This document shows positions 1-9,839 of a stretch of DNA of 64,000 bases, in pieces (position 1 is the stretch's first letter; every line of letters begins with the position of its first letter). The notes beneath the pieces are model-generated. The model worked only from the letters and a program-made list of their open reading frames with translations. It had not been told where the DNA came from and ran no database searches. This stretch comes from Bacillota bacterium. Lineage in GTDB: Bacteria; Bacillota; Dehalobacteriia; UBA4068. Location: NCBI GenBank assembly GCA_050942825.1, contig JBMNOA010000001.1, positions 8,354 through 72,353 on the forward strand, in the 5' to 3' direction. The position numbers and the translations under genes are program-made.

Positions 1-21
1 GAAAGTTTCCATTCAAATTTT

Positions 22-876
22 TTAAGAAAGAGCAGCCGCCCCGCCGACAATTTCCGAAATTTCTTTGGTAATAGCAGCCTGCCTGGCCCGATTCAAAGAT
101 AATGTCAGTGATTCTATCATTTCTATTGCATTATCAGTTGCCGAACTCATCGACGTCATCCTGGCACCATGTTCACTGGCCTTTGATTCCAAAAGCGCAT
201 TATAGACACTTATCTCAATGTACTGTGGAATCAATACACTCAAAATGGCTTCTGCATTTGGTTCAAAAATAAAATCAAAAAATTTATCCTGATCCGTTTC
301 TTTAAATTGCTCTGGTTCTATAGGTAAAATCTTTTTAATCTTCGGCGTATTCATTATTGCCGAACGAAAATAACTGTATACTACATAAACTTCATCATAT
401 TGGCCTTCTTCAAAATAGCGAAAAATCTCACTACTCAATTCTCTGGCCTGTGCATAGCTTGGATTGTCTCCTGTATTATTAAATTGATCATCGATTTTAT
501 AACCACGGCGGACAAAGTAATCTCTGGCCTTGACCCCAACTGTGATCAATCCTACAGGATGGGAATTATCCTTGATGTGATTTTCCGCCAAACGTAAAAC
601 ATTACTATTAAAGCTACCGCAAAGGCCACGATTGGAGGCCAAAACTAGATATCCTGTTTTTTTGACTTCTCTTGCTTTCATATAGGGATGTTCAGCTTCA
701 CTCTGACTTAGATGGGCAACGACCTCTTCAATTTTTTGCAAATATGGACGTACTTTTACAACATCCACAGTTGATTTACGCAGTTTTGCCGCCGAAACCA
801 TCTTCATCGCCTTAGTGATCTGTTGCATATTTTTGACGCTTTTAATTCGTCTTTTGATATCCCTGGAACTGGCCAT
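22..876 (-). CDS. atpG: F0F1 ATP synthase subunit gamma
   Basis: N-term IKRRIKSVKNMQQITKAMKMVSAAK, RGLCGSFN, C-term RQAAITKEISEIVGGAAAL; directly downstream of atpA. Confidence 0.98.
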   Translation of the reverse strand: MASSRDIKRRIKSVKNMQQITKAMKMVSAAKLRKSTVDVVKVRPYLQKIEEVVAHLSQSEAEHPYMKAREVKKTGYLVLASNRGLCGSFNSNVLRLAENHIKDNSHPVGLITVGVKARDYFVRRGYKIDDQFNNTGDNPSYAQARELSSEIFRYFEEGQYDEVYVVYSYFRSAIMNTPKIKKILPIEPEQFKETDQDKFFDFIFEPNAEAILSVLIPQYIEISVYNALLESKASEHGARMTSMSSATDNAIEMIESLTLSLNRARQAAITKEISEIVGGAAALS

Positions 877-903
877 TGCTTCACCGCCTTTTTACTATAT
901 GGA

Positions 904-2412
<1,509 letters not shown>

Positions 2413-2444
2413 TCATCTCCATTTACCATGCAATCTATTTTGCA

Positions 2445-2990
2445 TCAATTAACTAATTGTTGTCGCAAAAGCTCCAGTTGACGTTTAAAACTTCCGTCAT
2501 ATATCTTGTCCACTAAACGAAGCTTCAGACCCGCAATCAAAGTATCGTCTACTTCTGTATGCAATCTAATTTTTTTATCCAGTTGGTGGCTCAAAACAGC
2601 TATCAGTTGTTCTTTCTGTTCTTGACTCAAAGGTTGGGCAGCTGTCACACTTACTGACAAAATACCCTCTTTTTTATCTATTAACTCCTTATAACTAGCT
2701 AAAATAGCAGTAATATATGCCTCTCTGGATTTATCAAAAATAAGAAAAAGAAAATTTAAAATAATTTCATCATACTTATCAGCAAAAAGCATATGTGCAA
2801 AATTCTTTTTGTCATCTGGTGCGATAGCTTTGCTTAAAAAGATATGGGCTACTTCAGGCACTTGATCAATGATTTCTACTATATTTTTCCATTGTTCAAA
2901 ATATTGTGCCACAGTATTGCGTTCCAAAGCGATATCAAACAACGCCTTGGCATAACGGCGCGTTATGGATTGATTTATCATTTCAATCAT
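2445..2990 (-). CDS. atpH: F0F1 ATP synthase subunit delta
   Basis: RRYAKALFDIA N-term, VDDTLIAGLKLR...DGS C-term; operon position. Confidence 0.95.
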   Translation of the reverse strand: MIEMINQSITRRYAKALFDIALERNTVAQYFEQWKNIVEIIDQVPEVAHIFLSKAIAPDDKKNFAHMLFADKYDEIILNFLFLIFDKSREAYITAILASYKELIDKKEGILSVSVTAAQPLSQEQKEQLIAVLSHQLDKKIRLHTEVDDTLIAGLKLRLVDKIYDGSFKRQLELLRQQLVN

Positions 2991-3478
2991 TATTGCATCA
3001 ACCCTATTTCTTTAATGTATTTGTCGGCTAGCTCTTTTTGATAAGCCGGTGTCGACTCACCCTTAACAATCTTAGCAGCAGCAGCAATGGCTAAAGTAGC
3101 TACCTCAGCCTTCAATTGAGCAATAGCCATTTCCTTCTCTTTTTCAATCTCAGCTCTGGCCTTATTCATGATATTTTGCGCCTCAACCTTCGCTTGATTA
3201 ATAATTTCTTGTTTTAATGTTTCGCTACTTTTTTGAGCTGAGGCAATCATAGATTCACAAACCAGCTTAGCCTCGCTGATTTGTTGTTGCAAAGCTAGCC
3301 TCGATGCCTCTGCTTCTTTATTACTTTTAGCGGCATTTTCCAAAGCCTCTTTAACGGAAATCCTGCGTTTTTCTAATATATTAAGAACAGGCCTATAAAG
3401 GAATTTACGTAATAATAATAGTAGAATCAAGAAATTAAGGGCTGTAAAAATAGCTTTTCCTAAATCAATTGATAAAAT
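2990..3478 (-). CDS. atpF: F0F1 ATP synthase subunit b (probable ATT start at 3478; ORF track start 3430 truncates the TM helix)
   Basis: NFLILLLLLRKFLYRPV followed by coiled coil; frame stays open upstream to ATT at 3478, 7 nt after SD GAGGTG. Confidence 0.9.
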   Translation of the reverse strand: MLSIDLGKAIFTALNFLILLLLLRKFLYRPVLNILEKRRISVKEALENAAKSNKEAEASRLALQQQISEAKLVCESMIASAQKSSETLKQEIINQAKVEAQNIMNKARAEIEKEKEMAIAQLKAEVATLAIAAAAKIVKGESTPAYQKELADKYIKEIGLMQ

Positions 3479-3568
3479 CTTTCTTCACCTCTCTTCAAGG
3501 CTATCAACAGAGACCGGCAGCTTGCACAAAAAGCCCGTTATAAAAAGCGGACAATTTATCTGTAAAAA

Positions 3569-3784
<216 letters not shown>

Positions 3785-3851
3785 TTAGCTCAACCTCCTT
3801 TCCCAGGCTTTGCAGTTTTTTATATCAAGTTTTCGATCTAGACAAAATTTT

Positions 3852-4523
3852 TTAGTCCAAGTGCGTTTTGGTAGCTTCGGTTATATAAATAGCAGCTAAT
3901 AGCATAAAAACTAGCGCTTGGATAAATCCTAACAAAAGGCTTAGAGCTTGAAAAGGAAGCGGTAAAAATATTGGAAATATACTAGAGAATTGTCCGATAA
4001 CCTGCTCTTCACCAAAAATATTGCCCATAAGACGTAAAGAAAGAGAAATCGGTTTTATAAGATCTTCTAAAATCATTAATGGAAACATAAAGGCTATCGG
4101 ATAAAAATAATGCTTAAAAAAGCCTACGCCTCTTTCTTTGATTCCAAAAAAGAACATGGAAAAAAACACCATCAGTGCCAGAGGTACTGTCACACTAATA
4201 GAGGCAGTTGGAGCTGCAAGTCCGGGCAAATGTCCGGCAAAGGGCAAAAGTCCCGAGTAATTTGAAAATAAGATAAAAAGGAATAACGTAGCTATAAAGG
4301 GGAAATATTTCTTACCGTTGCCTTCCATCGTTTCGTCAATAAAATAATAAAGCTTTTCAACTACAGTCTCTACAATATTTTGAAAGCCCTTGGGCTCCAT
4401 TTTCATTTTCCTGGTGCCAATAAAAGATGCAATTACCAAAATAGCACTAACAGCCACCATGGTCACCATGGAACTGTCAATACCTAAGCCCCAAATATGA
4501 AACAAATATCCGCTTTCGTGCAT
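3852..4523 (-). CDS. atpB: F0F1 ATP synthase subunit a
   Basis: KPISLSLRLMGNIFGEE and FIQALVFMLLAAIYI motifs. Confidence 0.97.
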   Translation of the reverse strand: MHESGYLFHIWGLGIDSSMVTMVAVSAILVIASFIGTRKMKMEPKGFQNIVETVVEKLYYFIDETMEGNGKKYFPFIATLFLFILFSNYSGLLPFAGHLPGLAAPTASISVTVPLALMVFFSMFFFGIKERGVGFFKHYFYPIAFMFPLMILEDLIKPISLSLRLMGNIFGEEQVIGQFSSIFPIFLPLPFQALSLLLGFIQALVFMLLAAIYITEATKTHLD

Positions 4524-4598
4524 TTTTCAAGCCCTCCCTTACGCCATAATCGTTTTTTGCTTGAAATAAGTTACTTATCATACATTAGAATAATTAGT

Positions 4599-4916
4599 TT
4601 AAACTGTTGATTTTAGTTTTAATGCGGAAATTTTTGTACCTAATAATAGGGCGCCTGCCGTCGCAATAAGCACGGCAGCAAAAGAAAACGGAAGATACTG
4701 GCGAAAATAATAAACAGTAAATAATGCCAATATATTCACCGCATAACTAATAAAGGAACGCAAAAAAGTATTGTGTACACTTATTTTTTTGGCATTGGCA
4801 GCATCATTTTGGAGAGAAAATTTCGTCACAGGACGCCAAATAAAAAAATATTTTAGGGCGGCAACCAGACCTCCCCAAAAAAGTCCCGCTAGAACGCCAA
4901 ACAAATAATATCCCAC
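4599..4916 (-). CDS. atpI: ATP synthase protein I (AtpI-like membrane protein)
   Basis: Small hydrophobic ORF immediately upstream of atpB. Confidence 0.6.
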   Translation of the reverse strand: MGYYLFGVLAGLFWGGLVAALKYFFIWRPVTKFSLQNDAANAKKISVHNTFLRSFISYAVNILALFTVYYFRQYLPFSFAAVLIATAGALLLGTKISALKLKSTV

Positions 4917-5250
4917 AAAGTTTGCCCCCCAGCCCGTGTATTTTAAGAGTTCTGTATTTTTCAGTCATATCATAACGGACTAACAATCTTTCATCAGACC
5001 AATTACTAAAAATGTATTAATGATTGAAAAATAAGCCGTTTTTATTAAAATATTATAATATTAAAATAGCTAAAAATAGCCTTTAAGTATTTACGTAGCA
5101 TGTCCTTTACTATTATATATTATTGAAAAGAAAATTACCAGTTTTTTTTGAATTTTTTCTTATTTTCGACATAAAAAGCCTTACTATTTAGAAAAGTCTG
5201 TTTTCTGTCAATAAATAATATAATATAGGAAATATCTGTTTATTAATAAT

Positions 5251-5294
5251 AAAAAATGATCCCATTATACGATATCGTATAATGGGATCATTTT
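5251..5294 (-). terminator. Intrinsic terminator of the original tRNA-Ala locus
   Basis: Perfect inverted repeat ATGATCCCATTATACGAT/ATCGTATAATGGGATCAT with T-run on the minus strand, directly after the displaced tRNA 3' CCA end. Confidence 0.85.
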
Positions 5295-5353
5295 GGTGGG
5301 AGATAAGCGGGATCGAACCGCTGACCTCTTGAATGCCATTCAAGCGTTCTCCC
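5294..5353 (-). pseudogene. Displaced 3' part of tRNA-Ala(GGC) (att junction)
   Basis: Matches 9612-9670 except one substitution and one extra G; lacks the 5' acceptor strand and the 5' side of the D-arm. Confidence 0.9.
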
Positions 5354-5545
5354 GAACTAGCTTATTACGATAACCAAGTTATTATAATAGGTTGATGTGC
5401 CACACTAGATATAGTAGGAACCGAATATGATTCATAATGAAATGGCTGAGAACATGGGATTTTCATTATGAGCCGCAAAAGGTGCGGTATTGAGGCTTAT
5501 CATTTGTCAAACCCATGATATTGTATGGTAAGATTATTAACAGGG

Positions 5546-5578
5546 ACGTCGCACGGTAAACCCGTGCGACGTTTTTTT
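5546..5578 (+). terminator. Hairpin plus T7 near the element's left end
   Basis: ACGTCGCACGG-TAAAC-CCGTGCGACGT followed by TTTTTT. Confidence 0.6.
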
Positions 5579-5737
5579 GTTCGGTCATGACTTCCTAAAA
5601 TTAGTTTTCATCTTCCACCATACTTCCTCCAATGGTTTCCATAAAAATGCTTCGGAACGGAGTATCAAGCAATGAGCATACAAGTTCGGCCCAAACTGTG
5701 GGGGTTAGATGGTCGCCTCTCACACACCAGATTTTAG

Positions 5738-6463
5738 TCAAATGACCTTTGCAATCAACTGAATGAGATTAAAATACCTTCCGCCCTCGGCCTCCATCAT
5801 TTTGATATCGCTTACGGCATATGGATTAGGACTGGTAAGCCATTCATCCCATGCCTGTTTGCAGCAGTTCATTTCGCGGATATCTACGATTTCAATACCC
5901 TCTGCTTGGCTCCACAAATCTTTCCACCAATCAAGGGAGCGTATAGTCCTTACCACCTCATCAATCCAGAACGGCTTCATTTCATCGGGAACATTTTTCC
6001 CGAATTCGTGTTTTATTCCGGGAATAGCCACGGCGATATAGCCGCCCTTTTTCACAAAAGGAATGAGCGACGGAAGCATATCCACCGTATCACCGAAATG
6101 ATGGTAGGCGTCCACAGTGAACAACAAGTCAAAGTATCCGTTTGCAAAAGGCAGCCCCTTTGTCGCGTCTACGGAAATCGGAACAGCCTTATCGTCTATT
6201 CCGATAGACTGGAAACGCTCATAGTTTTCAGTAGGCGAAATCCAGAGGTCGGCGGCAAAAACGGACGCATCGTATTTTTTCACTAACAAAAGCGTGGAGA
6301 GGCCGCACCCACAGCCGAGGTCAAGGATTCGCATATTCTCATTGATGTTCAGGTGTGACGCCAATTCCTCTGCTACCCGCATGGCGTTTGGCCCCATCAT
6401 AGCGGCTTTCAGGAACTCAGCATTTTTATCGTTGGACATAAACTGTTCTGTAAATGGATACAT
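5738..6463 (-). CDS. Class I SAM-dependent methyltransferase
   Basis: Motif I RILDLGCGCG, LPFANGYFDL, KKGGYI; likely start MYPFTEQF at 6463 with SD AAGGAAG. Confidence 0.9.
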   Translation of the reverse strand: MYPFTEQFMSNDKNAEFLKAAMMGPNAMRVAEELASHLNINENMRILDLGCGCGLSTLLLVKKYDASVFAADLWISPTENYERFQSIGIDDKAVPISVDATKGLPFANGYFDLLFTVDAYHHFGDTVDMLPSLIPFVKKGGYIAVAIPGIKHEFGKNVPDEMKPFWIDEVVRTIRSLDWWKDLWSQAEGIEIVDIREMNCCKQAWDEWLTSPNPYAVSDIKMMEAEGGRYFNLIQLIAKVI

Positions 6464-6504
6464 GGTTTTCTTCCTTTCTAATTTTCGCCTTATAGAAAGA
6501 AGAC

Positions 6505-6530
6505 AAAAAAGCACAGTATATTACTGCGCT
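6505..6530 (-). terminator. Leader (attenuator) terminator upstream of the methyltransferase
   Basis: Minus strand AGCGCAGTA-ATA-TACTGTGCT-TTTTT, about 40 nt before the start codon. Confidence 0.7.
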
Positions 6531-6682
6531 ACATACTAAACCATTATAAATAATGATGCTCGTTCAATCTGTAAGGCAGTTTTTGGCAACACAAACAAGA
6601 GCAGAACAACTGCTCATCTCATGACCTTAACCGAAATCCTTACAGGATGACCGACATCAACACACTACTCTTTCTTTCGTTT

Positions 6683-6711
6683 ACTTTATCATGACACAAT
6701 CGTTATGTCAA
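6683..6711 (-). promoter_or_regulatory. sigmaA promoter of the methyltransferase leader
   Basis: TTGACA-17 nt-TAAAGT with extended TG; overlapped by a TGACA-N9-TGTCA inverted repeat. Confidence 0.75.
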
Positions 6712-6729
6712 TGAATTAAATCGCTTTAT

Positions 6730-6762
6730 CGGCACTCCGGGCCAACTTGGCCCGAAGTGCCG
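6730..6762. repeat. Palindrome copy 1 (core CGGGCCAACTTGGCCCG)
   Basis: Identical 17-bp core also at 7677-7693 and 9001-9017. Confidence 0.9.
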
Positions 6763-6854
6763 GGACAAGATTCGCAAAGTCTCGACAACATTGTTGTCCC
6801 CCTTCTTGAATGGTAAAATATAGGTAGAACCAAACAATGAAAGGGGTTGCTTTT

Positions 6855-7181
6855 ATGCGAATCATACTTAAAATCATTGCTGCGCCATTCGCGGTCATTC
6901 TGACAATCGCGGTAGCAATGTTCATTTTTCTGTTTTTCCTGTCTGAAAAAATCCTGGGCCTTATGGCCCTTTTTGGAATTGCTATTATGATATTTCAGCG
7001 GGAGTGGCTTGGCGGCGTATTCCTTTTCCTCGCGTTTCTCGCCTCTCCCATGGGAATACCGGCAATCGCGGAATGGCTGCTCGGCAAGCTGTACGGTATG
7101 AACCAAGAATTACATATGGGAACTGCATTTATCAGGGGATTTGGTGGGCTCCCGACTGTAAGAAGTATGTTATTTCCCTAA
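6855..7181 (+). CDS. CD1845-family small membrane protein of clostridial mobile elements (C-terminus probably fused to unrelated DNA)
   Basis: MRIILKIIAAPFAVILT...FLAFLASPMGIPAIAEWLLGKL resembles this family as I recall it. Confidence 0.6.
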   Translation: MRIILKIIAAPFAVILTIAVAMFIFLFFLSEKILGLMALFGIAIMIFQREWLGGVFLFLAFLASPMGIPAIAEWLLGKLYGMNQELHMGTAFIRGFGGLPTVRSMLFP

Positions 7182-7486
7182 AGTATGATGATAGGTCATA
7201 TCTTGCATTAGCTTGGCTCGATAAAAGTGCTGAGAGCAACTTAACTGCCTATCTCTCGATGGGCGTGGAAATGAATGAACTATCTAAATATGGATTGAAA
7301 TATTATAATGAAAGTCCACTTCCAGAAATTGAGTACCAATTTTTGCAATGGAGTTTGGACAGTTCCGCAATGCTGATTTATTACTCGTTTACTGATGTTA
7401 GCCAGATACTTTATTCAGGATATTTTTGGTTCGATTGTGAGAAAGGAACGGTATATGCTCCGTTTGAGTTGAATCTCAATAAATAG
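7100..7486 (+). pseudogene. 5'-truncated hypothetical gene fragment
   Basis: Open frame ...GIWWAPDCKKYVISL...QWSLDSSAMLIYYSF...GYFWFDCEKG with no convincing start; sequence turns more AT-rich near 7100. Confidence 0.4.
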
Positions 7487-7545
7487 GTACAGTGGCAGGA
7501 TTATATTTGAAAACCATTGTTTAATCTGAATGATACTAATTGAAT

Positions 7546-7626
7546 ATTGTTTAGCAAACCCGTCGAAAGACGGCGACGCAAAAGCTACGGGTCTAACGTT
7601 TCTTACTATGAACGCCGAGTTGCAAC
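7546..7626 (+). ncRNA. Cyclic di-GMP-I (GEMM-I) riboswitch
   Basis: GCAAACC-CGTC-GAAA-GACG-GCGACGCAAAAGCTACGGGTCTAA...TATGAACGCCGAGTTGC matches the GEMM-I consensus; hairpin at 7629-7660 follows. Confidence 0.85.
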
Positions 7627-7673
7627 AAAGAGGTCAGAACCCGTGTGGATTCTGGCCTCTTATCTAATGTTGG

Positions 7674-7696
7674 CATCGGGCCAACTTGGCCCGATG
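7674..7696. repeat. Palindrome copy 2
   Basis: CATCGGGCCAA-C-TTGGCCCGATG. Confidence 0.9.
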
Positions 7697-7705
7697 TGAT
7701 TGACC

Positions 7706-7965
7706 TCAGTTTTCATCACGGCGAAGTTCTCTCCAAATGCTCCTTGCCGAAGCAATGGCTATTCGATGTTCCTGTTCGTTTGCGTCCCGCAGCTCGCGGA
7801 TAATCTTATAAAGAACATCAAATGTTGGATTTCGCTTTCCGTTTTCGATGGCAATGACGGTTCGCAAGGAACCATCCATTTTCTCAGCAAGCGCGTTTTG
7901 CGTTATTCCACGTGCTCCACGGGCAGCTTGAATGACAACACCCATATGTTCATATCGTAGTGCAT
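7706..7965 (-). pseudogene. XRE-family HTH regulator, frameshifted and truncated
   Basis: SD GAGGTG + ATG at 7965 (MHYDM) is out of frame with IQAARGARGITQNALAEKMDGSLRTVIAIENGKRNPTFDVLYKIIREL. Confidence 0.7.
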
Positions 7966-8525
7966 TTCGTATCACCTCTCTTATTAGTTTAATGAACAAG
8001 AGGCAATTACATAATGTGGTTGGCCGTCCTAATGATATGAAACATATTTTACAATTCAAAAGTAAAAATCAGCCGAACAAGGCAACAAAAAAAAGACTGC
8101 TTTGGCTGGCCGATTCAGTATGTAATAATTACAATTAACCATCTGCCAAAGCAGTCTGAAAGGACTTTGGCAGATGTTGTTTTTACTGTTACAACTTCAT
8201 TTATTTAGAGAGGCGGCAATATAGTCGACGGCCTGTATATTTTATGGGCAATCCTCAAAGGTAAACGCTTAAAAAAAGTCGTTACTTTGCAAGGATAAAT
8301 TCTGACCTTGAAGGTGCAAGTTAACACCTTAATATGTAATTTGTGTCTATTTAAACGTGACGTGCGGAGGAAGCTCCGCTTAGGTACGTTTTTATTTTCT
8401 TTTTCTTGGACAGGCATTTCTGGCACATCGGGTCAAACTTACTGATGTACAGCCCCATTGCCGTTCCCCGCCGTCTCCATTTCGATTCGCTATCCCTTAA
8501 AAAATCAAAATGGAGGAAATGCCAT

Positions 8526-8948
8526 ATGGCAAAGATTAATCTGCGGGACTACTACCCGTTTTACAATACTGACTTTTTTGTTGATATTCCCGATAAAGTT
8601 GAAACCGCCTTGTCGGAAGCCGAACGGCTGGCACGAAACTATATCCGACGGCGCTTTTACAACAGGGCTTATTATTCGCCGGACGTAGGCGACGGAATTG
8701 AAAATGACATCCTTTTCGTGTCGCTTTCGCCCTGCGAGGTATACGAACGCAAGGTTACGGCTGAACAGCTACATGCTGCTATTGCCTCTCTGCCGGACAA
8801 GCAGGCCAAGCGTATTTATGCGCATTACATACTTGGTATGAACGAAATATCCATTGCAAAGGCCGAAGGTGTAAGTAAAAGTAGCGTATCCGAAAGCATC
8901 AAGCGGGGCCTGCGGAGCATGGAAATGTTTTTGGAAAAACTTCTCTAA
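8526..8948 (+). CDS. Sigma-70 region-4 domain protein (ICE-type, Tn916 Orf7-like)
   Basis: MAKINLRDYYPFY N-term; LPDKQAKRIYAHYILGMNEISIAKAEGVSKSSVSESIKRGL HTH; SD GGAGG. Confidence 0.85.
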   Translation: MAKINLRDYYPFYNTDFFVDIPDKVETALSEAERLARNYIRRRFYNRAYYSPDVGDGIENDILFVSLSPCEVYERKVTAEQLHAAIASLPDKQAKRIYAHYILGMNEISIAKAEGVSKSSVSESIKRGLRSMEMFLEKLL

Positions 8949-8998
8949 CAGCCCGAACTTTTGCCCTCCAAATCTCATGGTTATTGAGAGGACTTTAA

Positions 8999-9019
8999 TT
9001 CGGGCCAACTTGGCCCGAA
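8999..9019. repeat. Palindrome copy 3
   Basis: TTCGGGCCAA-C-TTGGCCCGAA. Confidence 0.9.
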
Positions 9020-9055
9020 ATGGAAGCGCCCCCGTGTAGCTTGAAAACTGAATAA

Positions 9056-9556
9056 AAAGTTATCCGGCATATCTTCAACAGCATGAAAAGCATCAGCAAA
9101 AGCGAGGTTGTCAGTTCTGGACTTTCCGCATTGCAACGGGAGCATGAAAGCCGCTATAAGGCCGCAAGCGGGAATACACCAAGGCGGCGGCTGACCTTGC
9201 CGAACTGAAATCCGAGGTGCTGAAAGCTATTCGGGGGCAAAGCAAGTTTACACCCGATCTGCTGAACGAGTTGATTGCTGAGGCCGAGAAGGAGCTTTCC
9301 GGCATTGAAGCCGTCCGCGACACGGCTAAGCGGGACTGGACGGCTGCAAATACCGAATGGAGGAAATACAGGCGCAGTACGATAAGTCATTTCATGGACT
9401 GAGTTGTACGACGCCGCTGACCTCCCGGCGAAGAAGATGATTGTCGCCAATCTGATTAACCGCATCGAGGTAGGAACGGGCTATAATATCCACATAGACT
9501 TCAACATAGATCTGTCGCAGTTTAACATCGATTGCGATATTCCTGAAACAAAATAA
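9056..9556 (+). pseudogene. Large serine recombinase, C-terminal remnant with frameshifts
   Basis: Joined frames read KVIRHIF...LKSEVLKAIRGQSKFTPDLLNELI...WTELYDAADLPAKKMIVANLINRIEVGTGYNIHIDFNID, like the C-terminus of clostridial recombinase-family proteins; catalytic domain absent. Confidence 0.7.
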
Positions 9557-9587
9557 AACCCGCCGAAATCCGATGATTTCAGCGGGC
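9551..9587 (-). terminator. Terminator for the element-borne tRNA (probably bidirectional)
   Basis: Minus strand CCCGCTGAAATC-ATCG-GATTTCGGCGGG-TTTTATTTT. Confidence 0.7.
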
Positions 9588-9611
9588 ATCTAAAAGCTCT
9601 TTCCCTTGATA

Positions 9612-9687
<76 letters not shown>

Positions 9688-9743
9688 AGATGTGGAAAAG
9701 AGCTAATATTCGGTTGTTGTTATCGTAATAGGCTTGCTCGCGC

Positions 9744-9765
9744 CTCCCAGCTGAGCTATACCCCC
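9744..9765 (-). pseudogene. Displaced 5' stub of tRNA-Ala (att junction)
   Basis: GGGGGTATAGCTCAGCTGGGAG, identical to the first 22 nt of the intact tRNA. Confidence 0.85.
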
Positions 9766-9778
9766 ACGGACAAACTAT

Positions 9779-9807
9779 ATATTATCATTTGCTATCATTA
9801 TTGTCAA
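9779..9807 (-). promoter_or_regulatory. sigmaA promoter of the tRNA-Ala locus
   Basis: TTGACA-17 nt-TAATAT with extended TG, just upstream of the 5' stub. Confidence 0.75.
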
Positions 9808-9839
9808 CAGTTTTTAAATTTTGGATTACTTTTATCTAT

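Noticed and set aside
5294-5353. Second functional tRNA-Ala gene
   Set aside because: Lacks the 5' acceptor strand and half of the D-arm, and has an acceptor-stem insertion; it is an att-junction remnant
5601-5621. Mini-ORF MVEDEN with SD GGAGG on the minus strand
   Set aside because: Six codons in decayed element DNA, with no support for function
5680-5730. Possible oriT (CTAACCCCC motif on the minus strand)
   Set aside because: No convincing match to a known nic consensus and no relaxase in the window
6730-9019. CRISPR array from the repeated palindromes
   Set aside because: Copies are about 0.9-1.3 kb apart, with no regular spacers and no cas genes
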